From an uncultured Acidobacteriota bacterium (GTDB lineage: Bacteria; Acidobacteriota; UBA6911), in assembly GCA_963827655.1 (NCBI GenBank), contig CAWHCF010000017.1, forward strand, positions 32,001-96,000: DNA of 64,000 bases, given 5' to 3'. The stretch's first letter is position 1; each line of letters starts with the position of its first letter. The notes beneath the pieces are model-generated. The model saw only the letters and a list, made by a program, of their open reading frames with translations. It had not been told where the DNA came from and made no database searches. This document shows, piece by piece, positions 39,264 to 50,880 of this stretch. Position numbers and translations under genes: made by a program.

Positions 39264-40586
39264 GTGATGGCTAATCTCGTCGTGGTGGGTGCTCAGTGGG
39301 GCGATGAAGGCAAGGGCAAGATCGTCGACCTGTTGACCACGCACTTCGACGTGGTAGCCCGCTATCAAGGGGGACACAACGCCGGTCACACGGTGATCAT
39401 CAGCGGAAAGAAGTACGTCTTGCATTTGATACCGTCGGGAATACTGCATCCGGATAAGGTATGCGTGATCGGGAACGGCGTGGTCATTGATCTCTTGGCC
39501 CTGAAGCGTGAGATCGCGGAGTTGCGCGCCGCAGGGATAGACTGCAAGGGGAGGCTGCTTGTCAGCCACCGCGCCCATGTCATCCTGGAATATCACCGGC
39601 TGGTCGAGACAGCGGCTGAAGAGCGACGCGGCGAAAACCGAATTGGCACTACCCAGCGCGGGATCGGCCCGGCTTACGAAGACAAGATGGGGCGCCGCGG
39701 CTTGAGAATCTCCGACCTTCAGGATCCTTCAACGCTGCGGCGTGTCCTGGAAGAGAACCTTCGCGAAAAGCGCGTGAGCTTGCCCGCCGCAAAGGGGGCG
39801 CTCGACGTCGACGCCATTCATGCCGGGACGCGGGCTCTGGGCGAGGAACTGTCGGAGTACTTCGTCGACACGGCTGAGTATTTGAATCGCGTCATGGACC
39901 AGGGGAAGCGGGTTCTTTTCGAGGGGGCCCAGGGTACCCTGTTGGATGTGGACCACGGCACTTACCCGTTTGTGACCGCTTCCAGCGCAACGGCAGGGGG
40001 AGCTTGCACCGGAACCGGAGTGGGGCCTACCCGCATCGATGGTGTCGTCGGCATCGTCAAGGCCTACACGACCCGCGTGGGAGAAGGGCCGTTCCCGACC
40101 GAGCTAAGGGATGATACCGGTGAGGGAATTCGGCAAAGAGGACAGGAATTCGGGGCCTCGACCGGGCGTCCTCGAAGATGCGGCTGGTTCGACGCCGTCG
40201 TGGTCCACTACGCTCGCTTGATTAATAACCTGGACACCCTCGTGATCACGAAGCTGGACGTCCTGGATCCGCTCGCAGAGATCAAGATTTGCAAGGGCTA
40301 TCGTTACAAAGCGAGTCTGCTCGAGTCTTTCCCTCCCGAAATCGACGTACTGGCCGAGTGCCGGCCCGAATATGTAACGGTGCGGGGTTGGAACACGAAG
40401 ACGGCGGGGATTCAGGACTTCGACGATCTTCCTTCTCTGGCTAAAGACTACCTGAAACGCATCTCGGATCTGGTGCGGGCCGAGATCTCAGTGGTCTCAA
40501 CCGGACCCGATCGTACCGAAACCATCATGACCTCGCCCAGATCGCGCCTTCAAACCTGGATCTCACCAAACCTGACCTGGGCTTGA
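39264..40586 (+). CDS. purA: Adenylosuccinate synthetase
   Basis: QWGDEGKGK, GGHNAGHT, GIGPAY, EGAQG, TTRVG and TGRPRRCGW motifs. Confidence 0.98.
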   Translation: MMANLVVVGAQWGDEGKGKIVDLLTTHFDVVARYQGGHNAGHTVIISGKKYVLHLIPSGILHPDKVCVIGNGVVIDLLALKREIAELRAAGIDCKGRLLVSHRAHVILEYHRLVETAAEERRGENRIGTTQRGIGPAYEDKMGRRGLRISDLQDPSTLRRVLEENLREKRVSLPAAKGALDVDAIHAGTRALGEELSEYFVDTAEYLNRVMDQGKRVLFEGAQGTLLDVDHGTYPFVTASSATAGGACTGTGVGPTRIDGVVGIVKAYTTRVGEGPFPTELRDDTGEGIRQRGQEFGASTGRPRRCGWFDAVVVHYARLINNLDTLVITKLDVLDPLAEIKICKGYRYKASLLESFPPEIDVLAECRPEYVTVRGWNTKTAGIQDFDDLPSLAKDYLKRISDLVRAEISVVSTGPDRTETIMTSPRSRLQTWISPNLTWA

Positions 40587-40633
40587 GGTCAGACACCTAC
40601 GGTTCTGGACACTGGGTCAATAAGGAGGCAGGA

Positions 40634-41110
40634 ATGTCAGACGGAACGAAGGGCATGATGAAATGGCCGCTGATCATTGCGGCTGCGCTCGTGCTACTGC
40701 GCCTGGTACTCGAGCAGGCAGGCGCCCCTGAGACCGTCAACAACATCCTCGGCGTGTCATGGCTCTATTTCATCACACCGGTCTATTTCGCAAACCGTAT
40801 TGTCGGAAGCGGCGACACGCGTCCCTTCAGGACTCTTTTTAAGACCCTCCTCGTGTACATCACTTACACGCGGTTGATGATCATCCCTACCTACTGGCTG
40901 GCTTATATGCTTCAGTGGAAAGCGCCCCGCTTCGGGCTCCAGATGGGTGGGGTGGTCGGGGAAGGCATCAGCCCGGTCGAAGGTTACCTTTGGATTCCGG
41001 TCCGTAACGCGCTTGTCTGGATAGTGGGCGGGACCATCATCGGCATGATTATCGGCGGAGTGACCTTGCTGATTCGAAGACGCGGCGCGGGCGCTCCACG
41101 CACTGCATAG
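40634..41110 (+). CDS. Hypothetical membrane protein
   Basis: AAGGAGG RBS; about four hydrophobic segments. Confidence 0.7.
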   Translation: MSDGTKGMMKWPLIIAAALVLLRLVLEQAGAPETVNNILGVSWLYFITPVYFANRIVGSGDTRPFRTLFKTLLVYITYTRLMIIPTYWLAYMLQWKAPRFGLQMGGVVGEGISPVEGYLWIPVRNALVWIVGGTIIGMIIGGVTLLIRRRGAGAPRTA

Positions 41111-41116
41111 TTGCTA

Positions 41117-41138
41117 AAATTAGGGACGTCCCTAATTT
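41117..41138. repeat. Perfect 22-bp palindrome (REP-like)
   Basis: AAATTAGGGACGTCCCTAATTT equals its own reverse complement. Confidence 0.8.
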
Positions 41139-41385
41139 CCCACGGGTCTGGCGTTCTGCTCGGCGAGCCCTCATTCGTTGCGTCATTTCACGGCGGGCGC
41201 TCAAAAAGGAATCAAAGACCCTTCCGTCCAGGAGATACTGCTCTCCGGCTATCTTTTCGATTCGAGCAACTATCCTCATCGCCGCCGCCTCCGATATCAA
41301 TAGAGTCTACGAATCAGAGGCCCTGTCTGGTTTTCAGTTTTTGGTTTATACTTGAAAACAACCTTGCCGCGTGAGGAGATCCACG

Positions 41386-41922
41386 ATGAAGGTCAAGAGT
41401 CCTGCTACCCTCGAAGACCTGATGAAAATGCCCAAGGACGGCTACAAATACGAGCTGGTGGATGGATCAATTGTGGCCAGTCCCACCGGCATGTATCATT
41501 CCGAGGTTGGGGCGCGTATTTCCTATATACTCCAGAAATTCCTGGATCAGGAACCGCTGGGGCGGATCTACGGGAGCGACGTAGGGATCCAGCTGCCGGA
41601 TGGGAATTTGCGTTCTCCAGATGCCTGTTTTGTCTCCGCAGCAAAACTCCCGGGAGGGAAATCCCCGGTTACCTTTGGTGAACTGGTTCCGGACCTGGCG
41701 GTCGAGGTTCTGTCTCCCGGCGATAGCGCGCGCGAAGTTGCCGATAAAATCGGCGAGTATCTCGAGTGCGGCGTCCCGTTGGTCTGGCTGGTCGATCCCA
41801 AGGGGAAAACGGTTACCGTTTACCGGACACTGACCGATGCGCGGCGCCTGAGCTCCGAAGAGATTCTCTCGGCCGAGCCGGTTCTGCCGGGCTTCTCGTG
41901 CCGGGTCTCGCAGTTCTTCTAG
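41386..41922 (+). CDS. Uma2/DUF820 restriction-endonuclease-like protein
   Basis: YELVDG, RSPDACF, PDLAVEVLSP, LVWLVDP and VLPGF motifs. Confidence 0.92.
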   Translation: MKVKSPATLEDLMKMPKDGYKYELVDGSIVASPTGMYHSEVGARISYILQKFLDQEPLGRIYGSDVGIQLPDGNLRSPDACFVSAAKLPGGKSPVTFGELVPDLAVEVLSPGDSAREVADKIGEYLECGVPLVWLVDPKGKTVTVYRTLTDARRLSSEEILSAEPVLPGFSCRVSQFF

Positions 41923-41985
41923 CAACCCGGCTTCCCGGTTCTTGGTTTCGAGCCTTGGTGGTTAGCGTCCAGGAATTTCATTGCC

Positions 41986-43348
41986 TCAGTCCACCGGCTT
42001 TACCTCTTCCATCAGCGTGAAGAAGCCTTCGGCCAGCGTTGGGTGAATGTAGACCGCGCCCTTCAGCAGCGTGTAGGGGAGGTCGGCCAGCATCAGAGTG
42101 CCCAGCATCTGAACCAGCTCTCCACCCTCGGTAGATAGGATTGCGGCGCCTAGTATGCGGTCGTTAGAGGCATCGACGACCAGCTTCATCAGACCTGCAG
42201 TCTCGTCGCGTTCGATCGCCCGCGCGACCCGGCTCATCGGGATTTTCCCCACCTTGACTCGAAATCCTCTGTTCTCGGGCCTCCTTTTCACCGATGCCGA
42301 CACGACCGAGCTGTGGATCCGTGAAAACCGAGTAAGGAACGATGCGGTGGTCGATAGTCAGATTCTTGTTCTCGATCAGGTTGGCGTAAATGATCTGGTA
42401 GTCGTTGTAGGATATGTGAGTGAAGGCCGGTCCCCCTTTAACGTCGCCCAATGCCCAGATACCCGGAACGTTGGTTTCCAGCCGGCCGTTTACTTTGACA
42501 AAACCACGGCTATCCGCTTCCACTCCGGCTTTCTCGAGACCCAGGTCTCGAGTGCTGGGGACTCGCCCGGTGGCGATGAGCAGGTGAGAACCCGAATGCG
42601 TCGAGGAGCCTTCCACATCGAGAAGGATGCGGCCGTTTTTTCGGTGGACGCGCGATGTTCGCGCATTCAGAACGAAGCGGACACCTTCCGCCTCCAGAGC
42701 CTTCTGAAGTTCGGCGGCAACGTCAGGATCCTCACGCGACAGCACTTGATCATGAGCGTGGACGATGGTGACCTCGCTGCCGTAGCGACGAAACATCTGG
42801 CCGAACTCGAGACCGATGTAGCCTCCGCCGAGGATGAGCAGGTGTTCGGGGAGTTGGCGCAGCTCCATCAGGGTGGCATTGGTCAGGTAATTGATCGCGT
42901 CCAGTCCTTCGATCTTTGGAATGGCGGGATGAGTTCCTGTGTTTATGAAGATTCGTTCGCTCTCGAGTGTTTTATCGCCGACCGTGACGGCGCGCGGACC
43001 TGAAAAGCGGGCCTGCCCCCGGTAGAGGTGGAGGTTCGGACGGCTGCTCACGCCGCGCTCAAGGCCGGCGCGGAAACTCTGCACGACCTTGTCTTTCTGT
43101 GCCACAATTTCGGCCAGGTCGACGCTCACTTCGCCGGCGCGGATACCCCACCGGGCGGCGTTGCGCGCGTAATGAGCTATCTGGGCGCGCGCGACCATGG
43201 TTTTGGTCGGCGTGCAGCCGGTGTTGACGCACGATCCTCCTAAATGTTCTTTCTCGATCAGGGCCACGGACCACCCCTGATCGGCCAGTTTCTGCGCCAG
43301 CGGGTTGCCTCCCTGGCCGGAGCCGATTACGATCGCATCGTGTCTCAT
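41986..43348 (-). CDS. Pyridine nucleotide-disulfide oxidoreductase (RclA/mercuric-reductase-like) with a +1 frameshift near 42271
   Basis: IGSGQGG, GGSCVNTGCTPTK, GGGYIGLEF and GDVKGG motifs; dimerisation domain HPTLAE in the adjacent frame. Confidence 0.88.
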
Positions 43349-43544
43349 GGGATTCCTCCACGCCTCAGCTTAACGCCTTTGTCCCTTTGTGGTAATAGAA
43401 AGAACAAAATACACCTGGAATCCGTAGAGACGCTCGTAGGAATCTTGGTTGAAACCTTTATCCTGATAGCGCCACTTACCTAGCGTGATTTTCCACGCAA
43501 CAGCATCGTAATCGAGCTGTGCCGTGAAAGGAGCATGAAGTTGT

Positions 43545-44288
43545 ATGAGGAGAATTCTGGCTGTTCTTGCTGTAACGCCGTTCGTCATGGCGCTGACGGT
43601 GGCAGATCCGCTCATCGCTCAAGACTTTCAAAAAGCTTACTCAATCAGCGCGGGCGGGCAGATCCGGATTGCGACGGTCTCGGGTAACGTTGCGGTGGCC
43701 GGCTATAACGGCGATACGATTCTGGTTCACGGTTACAAGGAAGGGCGCGATCGTGACCAGGTTCAGATTGAAGATACCAGCGCCGGCGACCGAGTCGACC
43801 TGCGGGTACGATATCCGGAGTCGTGCAACTGTGACGCGAGCGTTCGGTTTGATGTCCGCGTGCCGCGCGCCGTCACCTACAATTTCGAACGCATTTCGTC
43901 GGTAAGCGGTAATGTTCTTGTAGAGGACATCACAGGGCGCCTGAAGGCGGAGGCCGTAAGCGGCAACGTCGATGTCAAGGATGTCTCCGGTCTGGTCAGC
44001 GCATCGGCCGTCAGCGGAAACGTCACCGTCGAAATCAGGAGTCTCGAAGGCGCGGGAGACATGAAATTCTCGGCGGTCAGCGGCAATGTCACTGTCAAGG
44101 CTCCGGCAAATCTGGACGCCGACATTGAAATGTCGAGCGTGAGCGGTTCGCTCAAGACCGATTTTCCAATTGAGGTGCAGGAACGTCGCTATGGCCCGGG
44201 CCGGTCCGCGCGCGGCCGGTTGGGAGCCGGGTCACGCAATCTGCGGATAAGCAGCGTTTCGGGGCGCGTGAGCCTGACGCGCACGTGA
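43545..44288 (+). CDS. DUF4097 beta-strand-repeat exported protein
   Basis: Signal peptide and repeated xVSGNV units. Confidence 0.85.
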   Translation: MRRILAVLAVTPFVMALTVADPLIAQDFQKAYSISAGGQIRIATVSGNVAVAGYNGDTILVHGYKEGRDRDQVQIEDTSAGDRVDLRVRYPESCNCDASVRFDVRVPRAVTYNFERISSVSGNVLVEDITGRLKAEAVSGNVDVKDVSGLVSASAVSGNVTVEIRSLEGAGDMKFSAVSGNVTVKAPANLDADIEMSSVSGSLKTDFPIEVQERRYGPGRSARGRLGAGSRNLRISSVSGRVSLTRT

Positions 44289-44351
44289 TGGAACCTTGGT
44301 AATCTTGGCGTTTTGACGGTGAGAAAAGCCGGGGACATCCGGAGGAATAGA

Positions 44352-44975
44352 TTGGCGGAAGCGCGACTGCTACAGAGTTCTGCGGCGTGGGGAAGGGAAG
44401 AGGCGGAAAATATCGTGGCCCGTGCCCGTGACGGCGACGAGGAAGCCTTCCTCGCGATTTTTAACCGCTACGCGAAACCGGTCCAAGCCTTCATCTTCAA
44501 TCTTCTAGGGGATCGCGGGCGAGCCGAGGAATTGACGCAGGAGACGTTTTATCGTGCTTTCCGCAGGCTCGAAAGCATGCGGGCCGAGACGGAGCTGTCA
44601 ACCTGGCTTTTCGGCATCGCACGCAATGTTGTGCGCGAGTCGATCAAGGGCAAGTACAGAGAACAACGCCGGAGCTCCCCGCAAGACCCTGCAGGTCTGA
44701 ACCTGGAGGATCAGCGACTCGGGGCGGACCAGCTCTTGATATCGAGCGAGTTTCAGCAGGCGATCGGGCGAGCGCTGGACTCCCTCAGCCTGGACCATCG
44801 GCTGGTTTTCGTGTTGAAGGCGTTTCATAGCATGAGCTATCAGGAAATCTCCCGGATCACCGGTTGCTCCATCGGTAAGCTCAAGACGGACCTGCGCCGG
44901 GCCAGGCAGGAGATCAGGCGCAGGCTGCGTCCGTATTTGCGAGATCCGGGAGTGAAATCGCGAGGTGAACCGTGA
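44352..44975 (+). CDS. ECF RNA polymerase sigma factor
   Basis: GDEEAF, AEELTQETF, STWLFGIARN and MSYQEI motifs; GGAGG before a TTG start. Confidence 0.92.
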   Translation: MAEARLLQSSAAWGREEAENIVARARDGDEEAFLAIFNRYAKPVQAFIFNLLGDRGRAEELTQETFYRAFRRLESMRAETELSTWLFGIARNVVRESIKGKYREQRRSSPQDPAGLNLEDQRLGADQLLISSEFQQAIGRALDSLSLDHRLVFVLKAFHSMSYQEISRITGCSIGKLKTDLRRARQEIRRRLRPYLRDPGVKSRGEP

Positions 44976-45739
44976 AATGCGCGAGAGTCTTGGAACTCAT
45001 TGAGGACTACCATTACGGGGAGTTGGACCGTCGGGCGGCGGACCGGTTGGAGTCTCATCTGCGCCATTGTGGTGAGTGCTCGAAAGCCGTCGAGTCTTTG
45101 GAAGAGGAGAGCAGGCTCTTTCGCGCCTACGCCAGGGACATCGAGCAGGCTCAACTGAAGCCTGCGGTGTGGGAGGCCGTGCGCCGCCGGATCAGGGACC
45201 TTCCTCGATCGCGATCCGGGTGGCGTGGTCTCATCCACCGATACTCGGACGTAGCGGCACAACCGCGGAGTGGTTTGGTTCTGGCCTGCACAGCTGCAGT
45301 CGTCATTCTGCTGGTCTCGGTTGCCGTGGGGTATCGATACCTCGACCCGAAGCCTTTGGGGCGAGGCGCGGCTGAAGGACAAGGAATCAGCCCGGGATCA
45401 CAGGATCCTGGAGGCGGGCTTTCCAGAGATGGCGCGGCTCGTGGAGGCGATTCCGCCCAGCACAGGAGCAGCATTCAGTTTGCCGAGTGGTCGATTCGCA
45501 GAGCAGAAGAGCAATACATTGAAGCGATCGAGGTTCTGAGCGCGGCGTTCAGCGAGCGGAAGGACAGTATCGATCCTCAGGTAGTTGCCTCATTTGAGCG
45601 CGATGTGAAGGCCATCGATCGAAACATCGCTGCCAGCCGGAAAGCATACCGGGCCCGCCCCCGCGACTTCGATCTTGGGCAGTACATGCTCACCGCCTAT
45701 GCCCGAAAGCTGGAGATGCTGCAAACGCTGGGGTCATAG
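44972..45739 (+). CDS. Zinc-binding (zf-HC2) transmembrane anti-sigma factor
   Basis: MKC...HLRHCGEC, one transmembrane segment, GTGA overlap with the sigma gene. Confidence 0.88.
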   Translation: MKCARVLELIEDYHYGELDRRAADRLESHLRHCGECSKAVESLEEESRLFRAYARDIEQAQLKPAVWEAVRRRIRDLPRSRSGWRGLIHRYSDVAAQPRSGLVLACTAAVVILLVSVAVGYRYLDPKPLGRGAAEGQGISPGSQDPGGGLSRDGAARGGDSAQHRSSIQFAEWSIRRAEEQYIEAIEVLSAAFSERKDSIDPQVVASFERDVKAIDRNIAASRKAYRARPRDFDLGQYMLTAYARKLEMLQTLGS

Positions 45740-46098
45740 AATCCTTCTGGTCTCGGCCTCGTCATGACGAACGACCGGAACAGAATTCGCCGCTGAAAAC
45801 GGGGACAGCCAAGGTGTTCCCCGAAAGAAGTTCCTGTATTTCCCATTAGGATAATTTTGGGTGGCAACAAAGGGCGTCCTTAGTCTGCCGAATCGCGCCA
45901 GGTGCTCCAGAACCGCCTTTGAAACGGCCTGACCTACGTGCTAATCTTCCCGTCGTTACGCCGCACATGTTGCGGCAAGAGGTCGCGGCAGGCTCGAACA
46001 GACGGCAGGGAGTTGAACTACTCGCACGAAGGATTCCCCTGCAGGAACCGCCGACGCCGAGCAGCGCGATGGCGGTGAATAGAGCTTGTCAATAGGAT

Positions 46099-46174
46099 GG
46101 GCCGTTAGCTCAGTCGGTAGAGCATCTGCCTTTTAAGCAGAGGGTCGCTGGTTCGAGTCCAGCACGGCTCACCA
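46099..46174 (+). tRNA. tRNA-Lys(TTT)
   Basis: GGGCCGT/ACGGCTC acceptor stem, TCTGC-CTTTTAA-GCAGA anticodon arm, GGTTCGAGTCC T-arm, CCA end. Confidence 0.97.
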
Positions 46175-46361
46175 GTTTTTTCAATGGTCACCAACAGTAA
46201 ACTGCGGAAGCACCGCTGCACCCAGACTTGCTTCCTGACAGGCGTCGGACCCTTCAGCCATTACTCTTTTCGGTAATTCTTCGATTCCAAGTGCACGAAG
46301 CCCCAGGGTAATAGACTTTTGGCGACGGACAGGGATCGCCTGAACGGTGAAATGAACCACC

Positions 46362-47789
46362 TCACGCGAGGAGCTTCTTCACCACGTTCCCCGAGACGTC
46401 CGTCAGGCGATAGTCGCGGCCGAGGAACCGGAAGGTAAGCCTGGTGTGGTCGATGCCCATCAGGTGAAGGACCGTAGCGTGGAGGTCGTGGACCGGCACC
46501 GGCTCCTCCACCACCCGGTAGCCGAACTCGTCGGTCCTTCCGATAACCTGGCCGGGCCGGATGCCGCCGCCGGCGACCCACATCGTGAAGGCGTGCGGGT
46601 GGTGGTCGCGGCCGAGGAACTTCGATCCGCTCCGCTCCTCGTTCATGGGGGTGCGCCCGAACTCACCGCCCCAGACTACCAGGGTCGAGTCGAGCAGCCC
46701 GCGATCCTTCAGGTCACGCAGCAGTGCGGCCGATGCCTGATCGGTTTCGCGGCAAAGGCGCGGCAGCCCGATGTCCTTGATGTCGGAATCCGCGCTCGTG
46801 CCGTGGTGGTCCCAGCCATTGTGAAAGAGCTGCACGAAACGGACCCCGCGTTCGACCAGCCTGCGCGCCAGCAGACAGTTGTTGGCGAAGGAGGCTTTTC
46901 CCGGCTCGGTTCCGTAGAGCTCGTGGATCCGCGCCGGCTCGCGGCTGATATCCATGAGCTCAGGTACACTCGTCTGCATCCGGTAAGCCAGCTCGTAGGA
47001 TGCAATCCGAGCGGCCGTCTCCGGGTCGCCAACGTCCAGGAAGTGGCGGCGGTTGATTGCGACGATCGAGTCGATGGTGCGCCGGCGCGCTTCCGTGGTC
47101 ACTCCCGGTGGGTTGGAAAGGTAGAGCACCGGGTCGCCGGAGTTGCGGAACTCGACCCCCTGGAACGTCGTAGGCAGAAATCCATTCCCCCAGCAGGATT
47201 TTCCTCCCTCGGGGTTGTTCCTGCCCGAAAGCAGCACGACAAATCCCGGCAGGTCGCGGTTCTCGCTTCCGAGCCCGTAGCTCAGCCACGCTCCCATGCT
47301 CGGCCTTCCCACGATCTGATGCCCGGAGCTCATGAAGATCTGGGCCGGCGCGTGGTTGAACTGCGTCGTCTGCATCGAGCGTACGACGGCGATGTCGTCG
47401 GCCACCGAGCCGAGGTGGGGAAGCAGCGACGACAGCTCGAGGCCCGAGCGGCCGTGGCGCTCGAAATCGTGCGGAGACCCGAGAAGGCGCGGCACGCCCT
47501 TGATGAAGGCGAAGCGCTCGCCCTGGAGCAGGCTCTCCGGGCAGGGCTGGCCGTTCAGCTCACGCAGCTTCGGCTTGGAATCGAACAGGTCGACCGACGA
47601 GGGTCCCCCGGCCATGAACAGGTAGATGATGCGCTTCGCCCTGGGCGGGAAATGCGGAGCCGGCCTTGCGCCGTCCCCGGCGTAGCCGACGAGCTCCGTC
47701 AGCGCGAGCGCGCCGATACCGAATCCGGCATCTCGGAAGAAGTGCCGGCGTGTGATCTGCTTCACGGCCTCGTCGGTCTGAATACGCAT
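46362..47789 (-). CDS. DUF1501 domain protein (sulfatase-like, Tat signal)
   Basis: [40 protein letters not shown] and GRDHH motifs. Confidence 0.92.
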   Translation of the reverse strand: MRIQTDEAVKQITRRHFFRDAGFGIGALALTELVGYAGDGARPAPHFPPRAKRIIYLFMAGGPSSVDLFDSKPKLRELNGQPCPESLLQGERFAFIKGVPRLLGSPHDFERHGRSGLELSSLLPHLGSVADDIAVVRSMQTTQFNHAPAQIFMSSGHQIVGRPSMGAWLSYGLGSENRDLPGFVVLLSGRNNPEGGKSCWGNGFLPTTFQGVEFRNSGDPVLYLSNPPGVTTEARRRTIDSIVAINRRHFLDVGDPETAARIASYELAYRMQTSVPELMDISREPARIHELYGTEPGKASFANNCLLARRLVERGVRFVQLFHNGWDHHGTSADSDIKDIGLPRLCRETDQASAALLRDLKDRGLLDSTLVVWGGEFGRTPMNEERSGSKFLGRDHHPHAFTMWVAGGGIRPGQVIGRTDEFGYRVVEEPVPVHDLHATVLHLMGIDHTRLTFRFLGRDYRLTDVSGNVVKKLLA

Positions 47790-47790
47790 C

Positions 47791-50700
47791 TCACTCCTTA
47801 GTCTGGGTCTCGTCGAGATTGAGCAGCACGTTCGCCACCATGGTCCAGGCCGCCAGCTCATTACGCTCCGCGTCCGAGGAGGGCGCGGAGGCGAGCCCTT
47901 CGAGCACCGAGTCCGCCGCTCTTTCCCTGGCGAACCGCGCCTTCTCGCTCTCGTAGAGTGCGACAAGGTCGTCGAGGTCCAGGGCCGAGGGGCGTCGCGC
48001 CGTGGTAATGCGGAATCCGTACGCGGCGCGCGAGCGCGGGTCGTTCCCGCCTTCCCTCATCATCCGGTCGGCGAGCGACTGGGCGGCCTCGAAGAACGCC
48101 GGATCGTTGAGCAGGTTGAGCGCCTGAAGCGGCGTGTTCGTTCGGACCCGCCGGACCGTGCAGACTTCGCGGCTCGTGGCGTCGAAGGTCATCATCATCG
48201 GGTAGGGCGCCGACCGTCTCAGGAAAGTGTAGATCGTTCGCCGGTGACGGTTCTCTCCGGTCGAGGTCGTCCATTTCAGACTGCTGCGAGAAACGTTCCA
48301 GATTCCATTCGGCTGCACCGGGAAGACGCTGGGCCCGCCGATCCTGGGCGAGAGGAGTCCACCGGCGGCGAGGGCTACGTCGCGGATCATCTCCGCCTCG
48401 AGCCTGAACCGCGGTCCGCGCGCGAGCAACCGGTTGTCGGGATCCTTCTCGAGCAGGCTGGACGGCGCGCGGGACGACTGCCGGTACGCGGCCGAGGTCA
48501 CAATGAGGCGGTGCAGCCTCTTCATGCTCCAGCCCTGCTCGATGAATTCGGTGGCGAGCCAGTCGAGCAGCTCCGGATGCGTGGGGGCGGCGCCCTGCGT
48601 GCCGAAGTCCTCGCTGGTCTCGACGATCCCGCGGCCGAAGAACTGTTCCCAGAAGCGATTCACGGCGACTCGCGCGGTGAGCGGGTTATCCGGGTCAACG
48701 AGCCAGCGGGCCAGCTCGAGCCGGCTCGCCGGCTGGTTCTTGCCGAGCGATTGGAGCGCCGCCGGAACCCGCGCCTGAACGCGCTCGCCAGGGCTCGTGA
48801 AGGCGCCGCGCACGCGCAGAGGCGTCGATGGAGGTTCAGAAGCGGGTTTCTCCTGCATCACGATCGCGGTCGGAATACCGAGCGCGTCGATCTTCTTCTT
48901 CAGCTGCGCGATTTCGGTGCGAACCGGAGCGAGCAGCGGCGCGATCGTCCGGTAGTACGTTTCGAGCTCGCGGCGTCCTTCCTGACGCCTGTCCCCATCC
49001 TTGGCCAGGAGAACCGCCCGCACGCCCGCCGGCAGATCGAGCGTGCGCGCCGCGTCAGACACCGGCGAGGTCGACAGGCGGAAACGACCGATTCCGTGCT
49101 GCGGGTGAACGGTCTTGTACTGCAAGTCGATCCTGAGCACGGTCCCGCGCTCGCTGTGAACCGGCTCCTTGAATGTGAAGATGGCGGTCGGCTCCTTTCG
49201 TCCTGTCACGGACCACCCGGTGCCATTCTTTCCGTCGATCGCCTCTGCTATCGTCCAGCCGGTCACGGACGAGTCGGCGGCCGCTTTTTCAATCGCCACG
49301 GGTGCGAAATCCTTCGCGTCCTTCCGGCGCACCGACAGCTTGAACTCTGACAGCGCGAAGTCGCCGTTAGGCCCGCGGCCGGGCCCCGATGACGGCAGGC
49401 TCGGATCGGGCAGCAGTTCCAGTCGGAGCGCGGTTGCCCGCGGTCCGGGGACCTTGGTCATGAGCGTGTAGCTGTCATTGATGGGGTTCGGGCCCGACAC
49501 GAGGAGCGACTTGTCGGGCTGACGCCGGAGGCGGGCGCCGCTCTCGGCGTCGGCTTCGCGCGACTTCAAGGGTTTCCAGCTACCCAGGAGCGCCCTCGTT
49601 TCTGACACCCAGCGCGCGCGCGCCGCGGCGAGCTCCGTGGTGTCGGTCTCGAGGATCTTGACTCGCTCGGCGATCTCGGCCTCGAGAGCACGAAGGCTCG
49701 CCTCCTGTTCGGGGCTGGGCACCGAGATCTTCGGGTCATGCCTCACGGCGTTCGCGCCCGCGCGGCGGTCGACATCCACGACGCCGTTGTCGAAGAAGGC
49801 GAGCATCCCGTAGTAATCCCGTTGTGAGAAGGGGTCGTACTTGTGATTGTGGCATTGAGCGCAGCCGAGCGTGGAACCGAGCCAAACCGTGGCTGTCGTG
49901 TTCGCGCGGTCGACCAGGACCTCGAAGCGGGCTTCCTCTCCATCGACACCCCCCTCCTCGTTGAGCATGGTGTTGGCATGAAAGCCCGAGGCGATGCGCT
50001 GCGCGACGGACGCATCGGGGAGCATGTCGCCGGCGATTTGCTCGATCGTGAATTGGTCGAAGGGAAGGTCGCGGTTGAAGGCTTCGATGACCCAGTCGCG
50101 GTACTTCCACATGACCCGAGGCCTGTCTTCGTCGTAGCCGTTCGAGTCGGCATAGCGGGCGAGGTCGAGCCAGGGCCGCGCCCAGCGCTCCCCGTAACGA
50201 GGCGAGGCGAGGAGCCGATCGACCATTCTCTCATAGGCATTCGGGGCGGTGTCCGACAGGAAGAGGTCGAGCTCGGCGATCGTTGGGGGAAGTCCGGTGA
50301 GGTCGAGGGTGACGCGGCGCAGGAGCGTCTCTCGACTCGCCTCCGGCGCCGGCGCCAGGCCCTCCTTCTCGAGGCGCGCGAGCACGAACGTGTCGATGGG
50401 GTTACGGACCCATCCCTCGTTCTTTACCTTCGGGAGCGCCTGCCGACGAGGCTTGACATACGCCCAGTGTTTCTCGGCCTTTGCCTCCGCGTTCGCGGCC
50501 GAATCGGGCCACGTCGCACCCTCGTCGATCCAGCGGCGGATGAGGTCGATTTGCGCTCCGGGCAGGGGCTCCCCCCTGAACGGCATCCGTTCGTCGGGAT
50601 TCTGGTTGGTCAGCCGTTTGATGATTTCGCTGCGCTCGCTCATGCCCGGCAGGATCACAGGCCCGGACACGCCTCCCTTCATGGCCAAAGCCCGGGCGTC

Positions 50701-50880
50701 GAGCCGGAGCATCCCCATTTGAATCTTCGGGCCGTGGCACGGGTAGCACGATGTCTGGAGAATCGGCTGTATGTCGCGTGCGAAGTCCGCTCGGTCCTGG
50801 ATTGTCGACCAGGCCGCGACAGGGACCGACAGCAAAACTGCCGCGAAGAGCAGATGGATCGATTTCGAGCGCGAGCGCAT
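47791..50880 (-). CDS. Planctomycete cytochrome c plus DUF1549 and DUF1553 (PSD1) protein
   Basis: CYPCH and CAQCH heme motifs; [36 protein letters not shown] and TPLQAL. Confidence 0.93.
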   Translation of the reverse strand: MRSRSKSIHLLFAAVLLSVPVAAWSTIQDRADFARDIQPILQTSCYPCHGPKIQMGMLRLDARALAMKGGVSGPVILPGMSERSEIIKRLTNQNPDERMPFRGEPLPGAQIDLIRRWIDEGATWPDSAANAEAKAEKHWAYVKPRRQALPKVKNEGWVRNPIDTFVLARLEKEGLAPAPEASRETLLRRVTLDLTGLPPTIAELDLFLSDTAPNAYERMVDRLLASPRYGERWARPWLDLARYADSNGYDEDRPRVMWKYRDWVIEAFNRDLPFDQFTIEQIAGDMLPDASVAQRIASGFHANTMLNEEGGVDGEEARFEVLVDRANTTATVWLGSTLGCAQCHNHKYDPFSQRDYYGMLAFFDNGVVDVDRRAGANAVRHDPKISVPSPEQEASLRALEAEIAERVKILETDTTELAAARARWVSETRALLGSWKPLKSREADAESGARLRRQPDKSLLVSGPNPINDSYTLMTKVPGPRATALRLELLPDPSLPSSGPGRGPNGDFALSEFKLSVRRKDAKDFAPVAIEKAAADSSVTGWTIAEAIDGKNGTGWSVTGRKEPTAIFTFKEPVHSERGTVLRIDLQYKTVHPQHGIGRFRLSTSPVSDAARTLDLPAGVRAVLLAKDGDRRQEGRRELETYYRTIAPLLAPVRTEIAQLKKKIDALGIPTAIVMQEKPASEPPSTPLRVRGAFTSPGERVQARVPAALQSLGKNQPASRLELARWLVDPDNPLTARVAVNRFWEQFFGRGIVETSEDFGTQGAAPTHPELLDWLATEFIEQGWSMKRLHRLIVTSAAYRQSSRAPSSLLEKDPDNRLLARGPRFRLEAEMIRDVALAAGGLLSPRIGGPSVFPVQPNGIWNVSRSSLKWTTSTGENRHRRTIYTFLRRSAPYPMMMTFDATSREVCTVRRVRTNTPLQALNLLNDPAFFEAAQSLADRMMREGGNDPRSRAAYGFRITTARRPSALDLDDLVALYESEKARFARERAADSVLEGLASAPSSDAERNELAAWTMVANVLLNLDETQTKE

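Noticed and set aside
41986-43348. True mercuric reductase merA
   Set aside because: No C-terminal Cys-Cys pair, no N-terminal HMA domain and no mer operon.
46040-46066. SRP (4.5S) RNA from CAGG...AGCAGC
   Set aside because: No GNRA-capped helix 8 between the two motifs.
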